A program made the translations under genes and the position numbers. DNA of 38,258 nt from a virus (lineage: Duplodnaviria > Caudoviricetes). The stretch lies in the IMG/VR virus record IMGVR_UViG_3300033512_000657, positions 1 through 38,258 of that record; one strand, written 5' to 3'. Position 1 is the stretch's first letter, and each line of letters begins with the position of its first letter. Positions 1 to 13,023 of the stretch are shown in pieces. The notes beneath the pieces were generated by a model that saw only the letters and a list, made by a program, of their open reading frames with translations, was not told the DNA's origin and ran no database searches.

Positions 1-822
1 CAACTCCGGATGTTTACTTCATCGCTCAGCGAAACGAGAAACCAATTCCGTAATTTTGGAAACTAATGGTCAAACTACGGGGAGCAATGCTTCTCAAATA
101 CTCCTTGAAAGACCCGTCATGGCATCTTTCAAGTTCGATGTTTTCCCTTCTCGTGTTGCTGCAATTGTTGCCATTCCTCATTGTACTCATGTAAGTTCTC
201 CCAATGAATACAAATAATCCTTTACAGCATCATCCGTCATCTTCATGGTTTTCGTAACTCACTTGAACGTGAACGAAACTTGGTCTCAACTTTTACTCGC
301 TCTAACTCAAAATTCTTTTAGCCTTTCGAATTCTCATGTTTGAGCATCCATCATAGCTTCAACTAGTTGGTCGAATCACTTTCACTGCGACGAAGCAAGA
401 TCTCAAAGTTTTATTATTTCCGCTCTTGTTGGCTCTATTCATCTATTCACAAGCTTGATATACGATTCGGTGAGTCAATCAATTTCAAAAGGAGTCTTAC
501 TCGCCACCTCAACGATCATATCCATGGCTTCTTTTGATTTCTTTTGTGATTGTAATGCGTTTGTAAGTACTGCGTCGTATTTCTCGAACTTACCTGCTGT
601 ATCCAAAGCGGTTTTTCACAATAAAGAAAAAACTCAAACACCAACAGCACCATAGTTCCTCATGCTTTCAAATGTTTGTTTGTTTTTGTCTGCTCGTTTT
701 TTTAGTGCATCTCAAGACTTACCTATTGTCGCCATTGCGGAGCTTATAGACGTCTGGATTTTTTTAAGTACAGACGTTGCTTGGTCTTGGGCTACAACCT
801 TAAACTTCATATCGTCTGCCAT
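1..822 (-). CDS. tape measure protein (N-terminal part; runs off window)
   Basis: ATG at 822; with TGA=Gly reads ...KTPFEIDGLTESYIKLVNRGIEPT...LGDLASSQGKGFDQLVEAMMDAQTGEFERLKEFGVRA..., a tape-measure N-terminal domain; follows tail chaperone. Confidence 0.92.
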
Positions 823-824
823 TT

Positions 825-1411
825 TTATTTTTTGATTAGATCATTAAAAATTTGATCTTTTTTTGAGTCTATTTCTGCCTCCTGGTTTTTTATGTATTCC
901 TGGTTGGATTTTTCAGAAAGGTACAGCCAACAGTCATTGCGGAAGGGTATTGAAGTTTCCATGAGTTGAGATTCAGACCATCAATACTCCTTGCACAAAA
1001 CGACATTCATATACTCGTTAAAGAAAACATGGTTTTCATGCGAACTCTTTTTTCAACCTATAAGATCTCACCAATATTTTTTTTTTCAAGGTTTTCTTTT
1101 GGTTGGATTGATTCACAAGATCCAATTATCGCATTCATGTCGTCAAAAGATATTGGCATAGTGCTGAAATTTTCGTACGTAACGTCCAATATTTTGTTCT
1201 CATCATCACAAACGTCCCGATTCGTGATCAATTTAAATGCAATCATTGGCAAGTTCTTTGCCATATCTTCTTGTTTTCATGTTGCTATTTCCGCAAGCCC
1301 CAAATCCATTTGTTCTGATACTGTCAAAATATTTCTTATTGTGACCGTTATTCCACTAGACAGAATTATTTCCTTTGCTGAGTTTTTCTTTATGTCCGAT
1401 AATTTTATCAT
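825..1411 (-). CDS. tail assembly chaperone, -1 frameshift product (gpGT-like)
   Basis: A10 run at 1077-1086; -1 frame open (..VLCKEYGWSESQLMETSIPF..) to TAA at 825-827, 2 nt before the tape-measure ATG. Confidence 0.7.
1058..1411 (-). CDS. tail assembly chaperone (gpG-like)
   Basis: 117 aa between tail tube and tape measure; A10 slippery run near 3' end. Confidence 0.75.
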
Positions 1412-1436
1412 CTTGCAGGATGGTAAATAATAAAAA

Positions 1437-2906
1437 CTATGCTGTGTAGTATGTCCCTGGTTGTGCGTTCACAACTTTTATTTGTGTTGAATATGTGTCT
1501 GCAACTGAATGTTTTGCTACACCCATCAATTTTTCCTTGATTACTTCTCCTGTTTGGTCTGTTATCTCATGAGTTTGAGATACAACCTCAGGGAAAATAA
1601 TTTGCATTGAGTAAAACGCATTGTTTGTATCTGTAGCAGAAACAATAACAGGAAGTTCGAGATCAATCACATAAGCGTATGCTGTCGCTTTTCTTTGTGT
1701 ATCTCTGTTCACATTACTTTCGTATGCTCTGTTGATTTCTATCTTCACGTCTAGACCCGTAGGAGTTGCGAGGTTTTTTGTATTTTGGATAGCCTCTGCA
1801 ACTTTCTTGTCGAATTCAATAGAAATACTTTCAAAATCAAGGGGATCAGATGCGATAGCATTTGCAACAGTCGTTCCTCTTTTCAATGTAACATTTGAGA
1901 AAGAGAAGAACTTTGTGTCAGTGATAACCGCTGTTTGTTGTACTAATTCCATCTTTGTATCGTTTGCGATAGTCATTGCTGTCGATGTGATTGCGTCGAA
2001 TCCAACAACATCGTTTCCTTCATCGACAATCTTCACAACAACACTTTCTTCGTTTCCAAGACTATTGGACAATCTGATTGTGTCTGTTGCGAGAATTCAC
2101 TTCACTTGTCTTTCTCCAAAATACATCATTGATACCTGGTTGACTGTTCCTCCTGTACCAACACCACTAGAAACTGCACAATTTACGTCAACAGTTGTTG
2201 AATCAACAACATTCACAACCTTCCAGTAGCCGTTATATCAAGAAACTGTGTTTCCTGCAATCTTAACAAGATCGTTTAAAGCCAAACCATGCGTAGCAGT
2301 AACCAATCTCAAAACTCAACTTGTGGGAGTTGCGGATGTGATAGCTTTTGTAGCAGCTTCGACTTTCTCGTTTGCAACCAAAAAAGCAACGTCAAACATT
2401 CCTTGTCATTTTACATCGTTTTCCAACTTCACAATCGCATTGCTGTCAATTGTAAGTTTTGAATTATTAGGAACGACACCGTAAGTTCTTTGGACGATTA
2501 TGTTTGATTTATCCGTTGATGCTTCACATCAACCCTTCTTGTTTTCGATTGTTACAGATTTGTATCCACAAACTTGGTCTTGCAAAGTATGGCGGTGTAC
2601 ACTTCCATCAGTAAGGGAAGAAATATCTGTCGAAGAAATAGATCCAAGAAGCATATAGAACCACATTGGTACGTTTTTTGGGTCTACTTCGACCTTGATA
2701 GATCATTCGATCTTGTTTGCTCCTTTCGCCATGTAGACGACGTTATTCAAAACATTGAATCTTGATTCAGCAGAAATATTCTCGATGTTTTTGTTCAAAG
2801 AGTTTTCTACCTCTGGGATAAATTTATCAGGGATAACAGGACTTCCATTTACAGTCTCTGATTTCCATGCGGTGTACACCGACTTGGACGAAACAACTCA
2901 ACTCAT
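1437..2906 (-). CDS. major tail tube protein with inserted beta-rich domain
   Basis: 489 aa single frame with TGA=Gly (MSGVVSSKSVYTAWKSETVNGSPVIP...); position between tail completion gene and chaperone; no sheath gene seen. Confidence 0.75.
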
Positions 2907-2933
2907 GGTAATTTTTTTGTAAAATAAATAAAG

Positions 2934-3221
2934 TTATTTTTGGGACTTTTTCTTCGCATCTTTTTTTGGTTGTTCTTCTTCTACAACAACAGTAGTGTGT
3001 TTGTTTTTTGCCACATTCTCCAAGAACTCCGACAATAGTATATCGCGAACAACCTCTCCGTCATTATAGTCAATCATCCTTACTTCGAGCTGTTTCATGA
3101 GTATTCTACCAATATCGAGAGACACCTCAGCGGATCCTTTTGATGGAACATAAAGATTGTACGTTGGGATTCCGAATCCTTCGTTTGTTTTGTTTATAAC
3201 GAAATACTTTGTTTCTTTCAT
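2934..3221 (-). CDS. hypothetical protein
   Basis: 95 aa ORF tiling the late operon. Confidence 0.7.
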   Translation of the reverse strand: MKETKYFVINKTNEGFGIPTYNLYVPSKGSAEVSLDIGRILMKQLEVRMIDYNDGEVVRDILLSEFLENVAKNKHTTVVVEEEQPKKDAKKKSQK

Positions 3222-3236
3222 AGCATCTTCAAAGAA

Positions 3237-3749
3237 TTAAAATCGTTGTATTTGCTTATTGAACGTCCTTACAATTAGGTCGGCCCTGTATCAGACAAAC
3301 CCCTCTCCGCTTAGGTTCGAGTATTGCACGCTTTCGAGATAGAAGTCGTTTGCGATTGTACAATTGTCGATCACAATACATTTCACCTTTTTGAGTATCC
3401 CAAGTATTGTTTCATCATCAAACGAACAAGTTGTTGATGATTTTCTTTCTAGGATGTTTTGTATGAACTTTTTCACCGCGACAATCGACTCGTCTCCGTA
3501 TCAATAGAATTGTTTTGTTGCCACAACTACGCTTATTTTTATCCTCCATGTTGATTCATAGTATTGATTCATTTTCTCCAATGCGGAGTCAATTGGCTCG
3601 ATTATTATCGCCGGCAGGTTCTTCTCATTGTATGCAATAGGATCTCCATCGAAAACAGTCTTGATTTTTTCCAAATCACTTCACGCCGTAGCGTTGGTGA
3701 TTGCTGTCTCAAATAGAGTTTTCAAATATGTTGTTATAAGTGGGAGCAT
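3237..3749 (-). CDS. tail completion/terminator-like protein
   Basis: 170 aa, ..VFDGDPIAYNEKNLPAIIIEP..; synteny. Confidence 0.65.
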
Positions 3750-3762
3750 GGTTTTGGTTATG

Positions 3763-4248
3763 TTATGAAGATTTACGAGCGTTCCAAATACCTACCTCTT
3801 CGTCAAATTGTTTTTGGATTGCTCTCATTATTTCAGCTTTTACTTTTGGGTTGAACTCGAACACCGACCTCCTCATCCTTCAGGATCAATCTTGATGGAA
3901 GAGAGCGTACTTTGCATTGAATTTCATGGCACAATATGTGGAATCCTTTATGTACGAGATATTATCTTGTAAGTTTCATGTCCATCTCAATATTTTTGGT
4001 CTACTTGGGCTTTGGCGATAGTATCACGACCTTTGCTTCCTTGCCCTCACCGTAGAAACCGACAATGGTGATCGTCTTGGATTTATTGTCAATCAAGATC
4101 ATTCAGTATTGAAGTTCTCGTCTTTCAATTCCTCCATAACTTTCAAAACCCCATCCCAATAGTTCGGTCGCTTCAAAGCCGTTCAAATGAATTTTTCTAA
4201 CTGCCTCGATAGATTTCATCAAGACACAATTTCCATCGTTATATTCAT
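3763..4248 (-). CDS. virion morphogenesis protein (Mu gpG-like neck/tail completion)
   Basis: ENFNTEG...PR[CGA=W]SPLSVST...KILRWTGNLQ...YALFHQDG motifs. Confidence 0.82.
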
Positions 4249-4258
4249 ATTTTATTGG

Positions 4259-4744
4259 TTATCGTAAATCTGAAACCTTGAATGTTTTGTCTACTGTTTC
4301 ATTGAAAGAACTTCAAACATTTTTTGGTGGAGTTTTATTAGGACTCATCGGCACAAGATCAAACTCCTCCAAGTCAACATCAAGCAACCTAGTATTCCCT
4401 TTCCTTACATCATCAAGCATCGCCATTTGTTGCTCGTACTTGGTCTTTGCCCCGTTGTCCTCCTCCAATCTTTGCGATCAATACCCTTCGTTCAAGAGAT
4501 ACGATGAAGCAAGGATTATTTGGGTTCATTTTAGGAACGAATACGCCATACTTTGCAAGAACCTTACATCAGTGAAGCTTTTGAGATTGTATCTTCATCA
4601 TACATACGTCCACATATCCCCTCCTGCTTTGTCCAAATACAATCTCACGAAATCGTCTGTAATATCGGAGTTGTGTGTGAGTCAAGCTGAGTTTCTTATG
4701 TCGTCTATCGATGCAAGATTTTTTCATCACAGTATCTCGGTCAT
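4259..4744 (-). CDS. head-tail adaptor (Mu gp36-like)
   Basis: 161 aa; ASIDDIRNSAG..YVGGRY..AMLDDVRKGNTRL; synteny after capsid genes. Confidence 0.65.
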
Positions 4745-4762
4745 GTGTGCTTTTTCTTTAAT

Positions 4763-4796
4763 AAAAAACTATACCTTTCTAGGGGTATAGTCTTTT
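4763..4796 (-). terminator. intrinsic terminator after capsid genes
   Basis: ACTATACC/GGTATAGT stem followed by T-tract on minus strand. Confidence 0.65.
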
Positions 4797-4813
4797 ATTT
4801 TCACGATTCAAGA

Positions 4814-5176
4814 TTATTTTCTTGCTTTCTTTGTAACCACTACTGGTTCATCCGAAGGTTGTTCTTCGCCATCTTCTTCATCAACTTCTCCACTTTCATC
4901 TCCTTGAAGTTGTTTGATTGTTGCGACTGCATCTTCGAGATCTTTTTTGAGTTGTGCAATTTCTGCATCTTTTTGTTTGATCACATCAGAACTTTTGTCG
5001 AGTTCTTTTGCGATAGACTTGGTTTCATTCAAAGCAAGTGACTTTGAAGAAACCATGAACCCATCAGCCAAAAAACTTTCAAATGCTTCGTGGTCTGCTG
5101 TGATTTCGTCTCATGCTTTTAATTGTGTTCCGAGATATGTTACGTTCTTTTTCAAGAACATTGACTTTGCTGCCAT
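4814..5176 (-). CDS. hypothetical protein (coiled-coil, acidic C-terminus)
   Basis: 120 aa with TGA=Gly, ATG at 5176. Confidence 0.7.
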
Positions 5177-5201
5177 GTTACAATATTATAGAGAATAAAA
5201 A

Positions 5202-6191
5202 CTAGTCGATTACAGTAGTGACCAATCTAGCACATTTTTGATCGATGATTACCATATCGTATTCATCTTGTACAACAACCAATGAATCCAATCCATCTTT
5301 TAGTTGTTCTGTTACTGGGTAAGCAGCAGACATAACTTTCTTTCCACCTCTTCTTGTGAATGTTTTTCCAAAAGATTTTGTGTAAAGACCTGGAGCTTCG
5401 CTGTAACACATGAACACTTTCTTTTCAACCAAGTAAGACAATGTTCCTTCAAGATCACCATCATTATCCCAAGATTGAGCTTCTGAAATAAGGATTTCAG
5501 ATGCCAAAGAACTCTTCAATCTGTCTTGAAGTTCAGGAACAGTAGGAGTTGTTGTATATTTGAATCTATCAATAACTTTTTGGTTGTTTGTCATTGCAAC
5601 AAAAGCATCCAAAGAAATAACGATGTGAGTTGGTCGACTTCCACATTGATCTTTCAAAAGTTTTGCTTGTGCAAGAAGAATCGCTACAGGATCAGATGTC
5701 GCAGTATTGAATCTATCAGCCGCAGACAAAGCGGTGTTATTTGTTATAACAGTATCATCGAAGATCATAGAAGTACAAGCGTACTCCTTAGCAAGTTCGT
5801 AAGCGTTATCAAGAATAAACATTTTGTCTCTTTGTGCATCGATAGGAGCGTCAGCATTAGAGATATCTTGCTTGTAGATATCAGTATAGAGAGCATGTTC
5901 TTCAAGAGTCCATTCGTCGTCAATCTTTACTCCGAATTCGATCTTGTTTGCTCCACCTCTGAAAGCTTTCTTTGTAGCGTGGAGAGCCATTGCCTGCATT
6001 CCAAGATTTGCAATTTTTCCTTTTACTTTATTTACTGCAACCTCTGGGAAAATTTTCTTCCAAATAAACTTCTTGTTATCATTGGAATATGCTTTCAACA
6101 TTGATTGAAGTAGCTCTGGAATATACGCTTCTTGAAAGTCTCAAGCTGCGAAATTCATTACACCTTGTGGAAGGCTGAATTGTTTAGTCAT
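5202..6191 (-). CDS. major capsid protein
   Basis: 329 aa (ATG 6191, one in-frame TGA); IFPEVAV..., SDPVAIL...GSRPTHIVIS, SFGKTF motifs; follows protease and cement genes. Confidence 0.88.
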
Positions 6192-6223
6192 TAGAGTTTT
6201 CTAAAAAGAATTAAAAAAGTGAA

Positions 6224-6622
6224 TTATGCAATAACTTGAACGATAGGAAGCTTAGCGAATTCGACATAGTCTCCTTCTGCACCTGCCTTCAATGCCTTAG
6301 CAACAGCATTATCAGTAGAACCAGCGATCATAAATCCTCCGGCACCATCTGTTTTAACGAAAGAATCAAGCAATACTCCTCCAGTCCCTACTAGACCAAC
6401 GAAATAATCGCTTTCGTTTACTCAAACCATCAATCCTGCATCCTTTGCTTCGTTTGCAACACCAATAAAGTTTGCACTGTTACTTGTACACTTAATAACA
6501 TTATCAAGATCAGCAGTTGATCTTTCTACTGGGTCGCTCTTAACCATAGCGACTTTTGCAACGTAACTTGAAACTTTGTACGCTGTATTGTGAGTTTTTA
6601 CTCAAAATGGAGTTGTAGCCAT
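6224..6622 (-). CDS. capsid cement/decoration protein (DUF2190-like)
   Basis: 132 aa, FIGVANE..VKTDGAGG..AKALKAGAEGDYVE; between scaffold and capsid. Confidence 0.7.
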
Positions 6623-6649
6623 TGTAATTTATACATAACAAATAAAAAA

Positions 6650-7801
6650 CTATTTTTCAATTTCGTATCCATCCTTCAAGGTTTCATACGCCTTGTTGAA
6701 GTTTACGTCTTTGTCTTTTGCGTACTTGTTGCAAAGCTTGTTGAAAGCACTTTCAGAGATTACTTTTTTCTTTCCGTCTTTACTCATCTTTTCATCTTTC
6801 TTTTCTTCTCCTTTTGAGAAAGATTTTGAAAGTTGACCATCAGTAAGTACATCAAGAGTTTTTTGGTAATCAGAGAAAAGCTTTTGTACAGCCTCAAGTT
6901 CATCAATAGCAAGCTTTGAGAATGCCTTGATAACCTTTTGGACTTCTTCTTTCTTTTCAGCCTCTGGCTGGTTGAAGATGTGGATTCCGTTGAACTTTGC
7001 GATAGTTTCAGAGTAGACTTTTTCTTGTTTGATTTCCTCGTTTTCTTTTGTGAGGTCTTCTTTTGCTTTTTCAAGATCAGCCTTTTCTTTTTCAAGATCT
7101 TCAACTTTCTTTTCCAATTCTACGGTTCCTGTATCTTCATGTTTTTCCAAAGTAGCTTCAACCTCAACCTTCACCTCTTCTTGTTCTTCGGGTGTTGCTT
7201 CGGAGAAAGCCTTTGTAAGTTCTAGTTTTTCAGAAAAGTTCAATGATTTTTTATCAGAAAACTTTTTCAATAGATCTTTCAACATACTTTCAGATTTAAC
7301 AGATAAAATGGTATTTGGGTTTGTGGTTTCGGATGGAGCGCTTGCCACGATTTTGTCCATACCGTTGAAGTATGGGTAGTTAGTGAAAGCTCCGCCTACT
7401 AGTACATTTTCAAATCGTTTGTTGGTGTCGGGATCTTGGTATTTATCAGCAATTTCTGCGGAGAAATACTTGTAATGTTTCCCGTTTAGGTTGTCAGCCC
7501 CGTCCTTTGTGAGTTCGACGGTTGCTCGTAGCTCGTCTTCTTTTGTGTACAACTCCTTGAACCAAGCCTGCGCTCTAGTCCTATCGTGTTCCATGTTTAC
7601 AGGGATCTCATCTTTTTTAACATTATTTTTGAAGTTTTTCAACATATTTGTGAAATACTTCTCATCGATCAAGATTTTTCAGTAGAAAGGGTGGGTTCTG
7701 TTTGCGTATTTGAGGACTTGGATATTGATGATATCCCCTTGTTTTAGCTCTTGCTCAAATGCGAACATTTTCACGCCGTCGTGTCTTATGAGATTTGGCA
7801 T
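6650..7801 (-). CDS. Mu gpI-like prohead protease with C-terminal scaffold
   Basis: 383 aa; HPFYG, IPVNMEH, YKYFSAEI, GGAFTNYPYF motifs then coiled coil. Confidence 0.87.
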
Positions 7802-7832
7802 CTTATGGTTTTCAGATGTAAATATTGATGGC

Positions 7833-7860
7833 TTTATACTTCTTGCTTTAAACGATTCAA
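7833..7860 (-). promoter_or_regulatory. putative sigma70-type promoter for head genes
   Basis: TTGAAT-16nt-TATAAA upstream of protease ATG. Confidence 0.45.
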
Positions 7861-7867
7861 GAGATTG

Positions 7868-8881
7868 TTATGAATTTACCACAGAGTATGAATCTCTACA
7901 CATCATTCCATATAGGATATCGATACTCCTTGGTGTACAAGAGCATCATGATAACACAGAACAAGCAAGCCCTCATCAAATTGGCGTTGGTCAAGATGTT
8001 GGATTTGCATTTGTTCCTGTATACCCATCAGATATGTTGTTGGTGAAGGTGTTAGAGTCTATTGTATTATTTACTCAACTTCATTGGATTCATAATATGT
8101 TTCAAGAAAGAATATTTCGTGTTACAATGTTGTGATCTGGAGATCACACAAAACTCATTCAGATGCCATTAGAGTATATAAGATTTCAAGATATTATATT
8201 TCATGATGAATGTCATATAGACCCTGCTGATATTTTAATTCATGCGGTTGTATTTCAATATACTTCAGAATTTAATATACTAATTCTAGTAATATATCAA
8301 ACATTTTCTCAATACATAAATAATCAATTCACGCATCATCTTAATATTGTATTATTTATTGTACTATCAGTAAAAGCATCATTAGATGTATTTATGTCTA
8401 TACAGTATGTATTTTTTGCGTGTGTAGATCAAGAATAATTTTCTCAATCTATAGTTACTCAATCAACCACAACTCTTGTTGATAATCAATACAATCACAA
8501 CTGCTCTGGCATGTTAACACTAGAATTTATTGTTGCATATCAACGTTCTCAAACAACCGCAATACATTGTCAAAAAATATATTTTGTATTTGTAATATTA
8601 TGTATTCACGATCAAAGCACATATATTCTATTATCTGTAGAGAGAGTTCACAATATTTCAAATGCAGATCAAGATGCGACGTGAACAACACTTACTGCAC
8701 CAGTAGTACAAGATGATGTCCAATTATCATCATAACTAGACTCCGATCCATATACTCTCTCGATGATTTGCGCATCACTTGGATTTGTTGCCCAGAAAGC
8801 ATCATCAAGATACGCTCCAAATGATACGCCCATAAAAGAGAGGAAAGACATAATTAGTAATAGTTTTTTAAGTAGTTTCAT
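7868..8881 (-). CDS. secreted right-handed beta-helix protein (paralogue 1)
   Basis: 337 aa; signal peptide MKLLKKLLLIMSFLSFMGVSFG; Asn/Gly/Ile-rich beta-helix-like repeats; N-terminal domain shared with 27856-29073. Confidence 0.72.
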
Positions 8882-8898
8882 CTTTTATTTGTAAAAGG

Positions 8899-11430
8899 TT
8901 AAATGATTGATTTTTTTAGTCTATTTATTATTTCCTCGTTTTTTTCTTTTCTCTTCCCTGTGAGGTTTGCATTGTTTGCTCTTCTCCATTGGATTTCCTT
9001 CTCTATTTGTTTTGAAGCGGGAGAGTCTTTCGTCAATACAGGGACTTTCAACAATTCTTTTGATGTGAGTGTATCCTTGACTGGAATAGATGATGGGATC
9101 TCCGTGAAGTCTGGCTTGAATTGTTCGTCTGCTCTTATGTATACCCACATCGAACGGCAACGGATATGTTGAGGTGGAGAGTAGTTTTTGTAATCAGGAG
9201 AGTCAAGCTTCACAACTTTCCCATCCAAAGACAAACACCTGTTCGATGTTCTTCAATCGATAATTGCAGAGTATTGTGCGGAATGTAGTTTTTCGGCGTT
9301 TACATAAGCAACCGACTTCCTTCAACTATTGAACGATTGGTTGACTCAAATAGAAACGACCATTCATGCGGCTTGATCTAGGTATGGCTTGACGACGTTC
9401 TTCACGGCAACAACAACCGATGCTGAGCTTGTGTTCTTCAATCATTCATTCTTTACAATTTGGCTCGCTATGATAGCCTTTGTTTCCGCTTCAACCTTGG
9501 AAACAATTCCCTCTGCAATATTTTCTGCTTGTATCTTTATCACATCTTTGAGATCTTGTTTGCTACTTGGTATCTGGAATCACAACTCACGGCTTGTCTC
9601 ATTCTTTCCGTAGTCAAACATTTTTTTGTATGCTTGCGTAACGATTAGAGATATATCCGTTTTGTATTTTGCTGTAAGTTCCGATAAAGCAACCATGTCG
9701 TTCTTTTCCACTGCAAGCTTCACTTGATCGAGAAGTTTTTGTGTCATATTATCCGCAATCTCCGAATACTTCTTCAACAACAACGCTTCTTCTTCGTCGA
9801 GGTTTTCCTTTATCGATTTCAAAGATACCCTTCTTTCTGCGAATGTAAGTGGTCTCCAAAACCCATCAACAACAGGATCGGAGAAATTCCTTGCTCAAAC
9901 ATCATCTCCCTCCATGAGTCATTCAACTTGGTGGTTTATGATCTTTTCGTGGTCAAAGTGTGACTCATCAGAAAAGTGGAGATTCCCGCATCAACACGAT
10001 GAGTGTTCTTTTTCTTCCTTATTATTTTCTATTTTCGAGTTGTCTTTTTTTTTTACACTTTCCTGCTCCTTCATTTTGTTTTGTGCATCCAAAACGGATT
10101 GTTTCTTTTCATTGTATTCCTCTTCGGAAATTTGTGGGAGATGCAAAAGCTCTCTGATGTGCTCCTCTGTCTCGTGGTTGGGTGTAAGTATTTGTCCAGA
10201 AACAAGAGATGCAATAGTTGTTGAAAGTTGTGTCGTGTCTACAACACCAACCTGTCAGAACTTTATCTTTGGGCATCTTCAAACAACACCAAAATTGATT
10301 GCTACAATCTTTGGGATTATGTATTTGTTGATAACTTCCATGTCCTTTTCCAAAAGTCATTTCACCGCCTCAAAAAAGAAAGCAGTTGATGTATTCGCCA
10401 TTCAATAGGATCACTTCTCTGATTTTCAGAGGTAGAGAAATTGTTGGAAGAAAATATCGTTGATGTTTTGTTGGTAGTGTTTTATAGCTTCCGTCAACTT
10501 ATTTGCGTTGTCTCAAATATTCGTAGTCATCCATTCGTATCAAACAAGAGGCGCTCCGTCATCTGAAAGATATTCGGTAACATATCCACTCTCCAAACTT
10601 CTCATATTCTCTGCAATGTTTTTGTACTCTTCGATTTGTGCATCCTCTGTCCCTTGTGGAACTTTTATTTTCAAAGGTGGAATAGCCATCCTTTCTTGAA
10701 GGACGGCGTGGTAGTTCTCAAATTTATCTTTGAAGAATCGATCTTTTGCGATCTTACGATAAAGAGATCGTCCTTCATAATTCACTCACTCGGAGTTGAT
10801 GTTGAACAAAATAAGTTTGTTTGATGGTATGTCGACCGTAGTCATTCCCTCGTTGAGATTTTCATCGTCAGTTTCCTCTTTTGCCTTTGGGTAGAACGTC
10901 AACTGCTGGACTCATGGTTCATCTTTTGAGGTTCTCCACTTGAAAACAGTTTCACTTGCAAGCCTTGTGAATTGTGGAAAAAATCACTCATCTTTTTTCT
11001 CGAAATACAACTCAAAAAGAGAGAACCCATCCCTCACATATAAATTTATGTCTTCCAAAAATCATTTGAATCATTTATCTAGGTTTTCAAACAAACATTT
11101 CTCAACGAACTTCGCGACATCTTCATCTTCGGGAGTTGGTTCTTTCCCATCTTCGGAAAAAGGATCAACAAAAAAGTTTGTCGATGTCTTCATTAGTGTG
11201 ATTGCATTTCTCATTTGGAAAACCTGTCAATCATTATCCATTCTCATGAAAATCTGTTGACGTTCGTATTTGCTTTTGAATCTCTCGGAATACTCCTCGA
11301 ACATGAAACCGTTGCTTTGTTTTGTTCAATAAGATGACTCACGAACGAATAGAAGCTTGGTCTTTGGTAGCTGTTCCTTGTTTATACTAAAAGACTTTAC
11401 TGCGTTTTTTATAGCTTCTGTGATTTTCAT
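8899..11430 (-). CDS. portal protein (DUF935/Mu gp29-like) fused to minor head protein (Mu gpF/SPP1 gp7-like)
   Basis: 843 aa with no TAA/TAG; portal motifs (DGFSLFE, NYEG.SLYR, IPKIVAINFG) then AIIDGRTSNRCLSLDG..PPQHIRCRS. Confidence 0.85.
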
Positions 11431-11433
11431 GTG

Positions 11434-13023
11434 CTAGAAGTCTTTGGTAAAAAATTGTTTTTTTGGAGAATATTTTTCAATGAGTTCTTGTGTCCTCTTT
11501 GAGGCACTATTTTGATTTGGTATAGTATTTTTTGTGGGCGATTCAATAGATTTTGAAACGTCTTTTTCTGTCAATTGCAAAAGTATCTTGTGCTTCAACA
11601 AAAGCTGTGTGAAAGAATCGACACGATCGTCGTGTTCCACATTGGGAAACTTTATCATTTCCTTGATGAAGCCTTGATCTATATCAGGAGAAAAAAGCAC
11701 GTGTCATCATTCGATGTATGGCTGGCATTGCCTCAACCTCATCACCTTTGTCATTTTCAATGGATCGTATAAAAAAATCATCCATCAAAACTTCCTTATG
11801 AGATTTTTTCTCAACGTCATCCCTCAAGCTTTGTTTTCTATAATCAAAGCCTCAACTCAAAACTTTTTGTAAAGAAATTCTAAACGTTCCTCGATTCTTA
11901 TGGGATCTTTTTGCCTTCACTTCAATTGTTCAGAGTGCCTCACATTGAATTTCCTTTTCTCTGGCATCCATGTCGCTATTGTTACACCGATTGGATCACT
12001 TCAATCCTTTTCTGATTCTCAGGAATCGATGGAGATATAGGTTTTGTGTCAGTAAGTGATTGGGACATATTGCTCGTATCTGATCCATTGCTCCTCGATA
12101 ATAGGAACATCATTTCTCAAAGGGACAAGGAGATAATTTGCACCAAACCAATCTCTTCATTGTTCGTCGCGTAAAGCATCGATAGAAACAACGTGGCTTT
12201 CGGGAGGTAAGGTTTTATTTATTTTGTCAGCATCATCACTTTTCCAAACGAATCTTTCTGGTCGGTGGATCTTTCCGTCATCGATCAATTTCGTGTATAC
12301 GATTTTCCACTTCTTATTGTTTTTGTAATCCTCCGCAAGTCTAGGCAACACTCAATCTTCGTTGATAGTGTTTCCCAAAATTATCTTTTGTCCTGTTGCT
12401 CAACCAAAGATTGCACCCTTTACTTTGTTGTATGTTTTTTTGATAGTGATGGGATTCGCTGTGTTTTCGTCGTCATCGATGTCATCAAGTACATCAAGAT
12501 CAGGACGGAGAGATTGGTCACGCATAAAAACATTTAATCACCTTGTGGATTTTTTCACCGAGTTGGCTTTGACCATTACTCCGTTTGTCGTAGTGAATCA
12601 TGAAGTTCTTTTTTGTTCTTTCTGCTTGAATACACCATGCGAAGACTCTCAATAATACAACCTTCAATAATCGTTGACAAACATACTCGTTTCTGATCCA
12701 ATCATCATATTTGAAATTGATGTGATGTTGTCCTCCGCTTTCGATACGTCGTACGATGTCCATCTCACAAATTTTTTCTTCCTTGTTGCTACCCACTTAC
12801 AAATCATTTTTCTTATGATCGATGTTTTTGCGCAGCCTCTGTATCAAAACCATATCAAATTTCCTCCATTTTCTATCCACTCCAATATCTCTTCGTAATC
12901 TTGTGGAGTTCAAAAGGAATCACAAAAGTAAAAATCACACCAAAGCATTGGCTCCTCGGGGAAACAAATAGACCTTAGTGTCTTGTCCTGTGAAATCTCA
13001 TCGAGCAAATCTCCATCTATCAT
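11434..13023 (-). CDS. terL: terminase large subunit
   Basis: 529 aa; GYRGCAKT ATPase motif, RPDLDVLDDIDD Walker B, FPNVEHDDRVDSFTQ nuclease motif. Confidence 0.93.
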
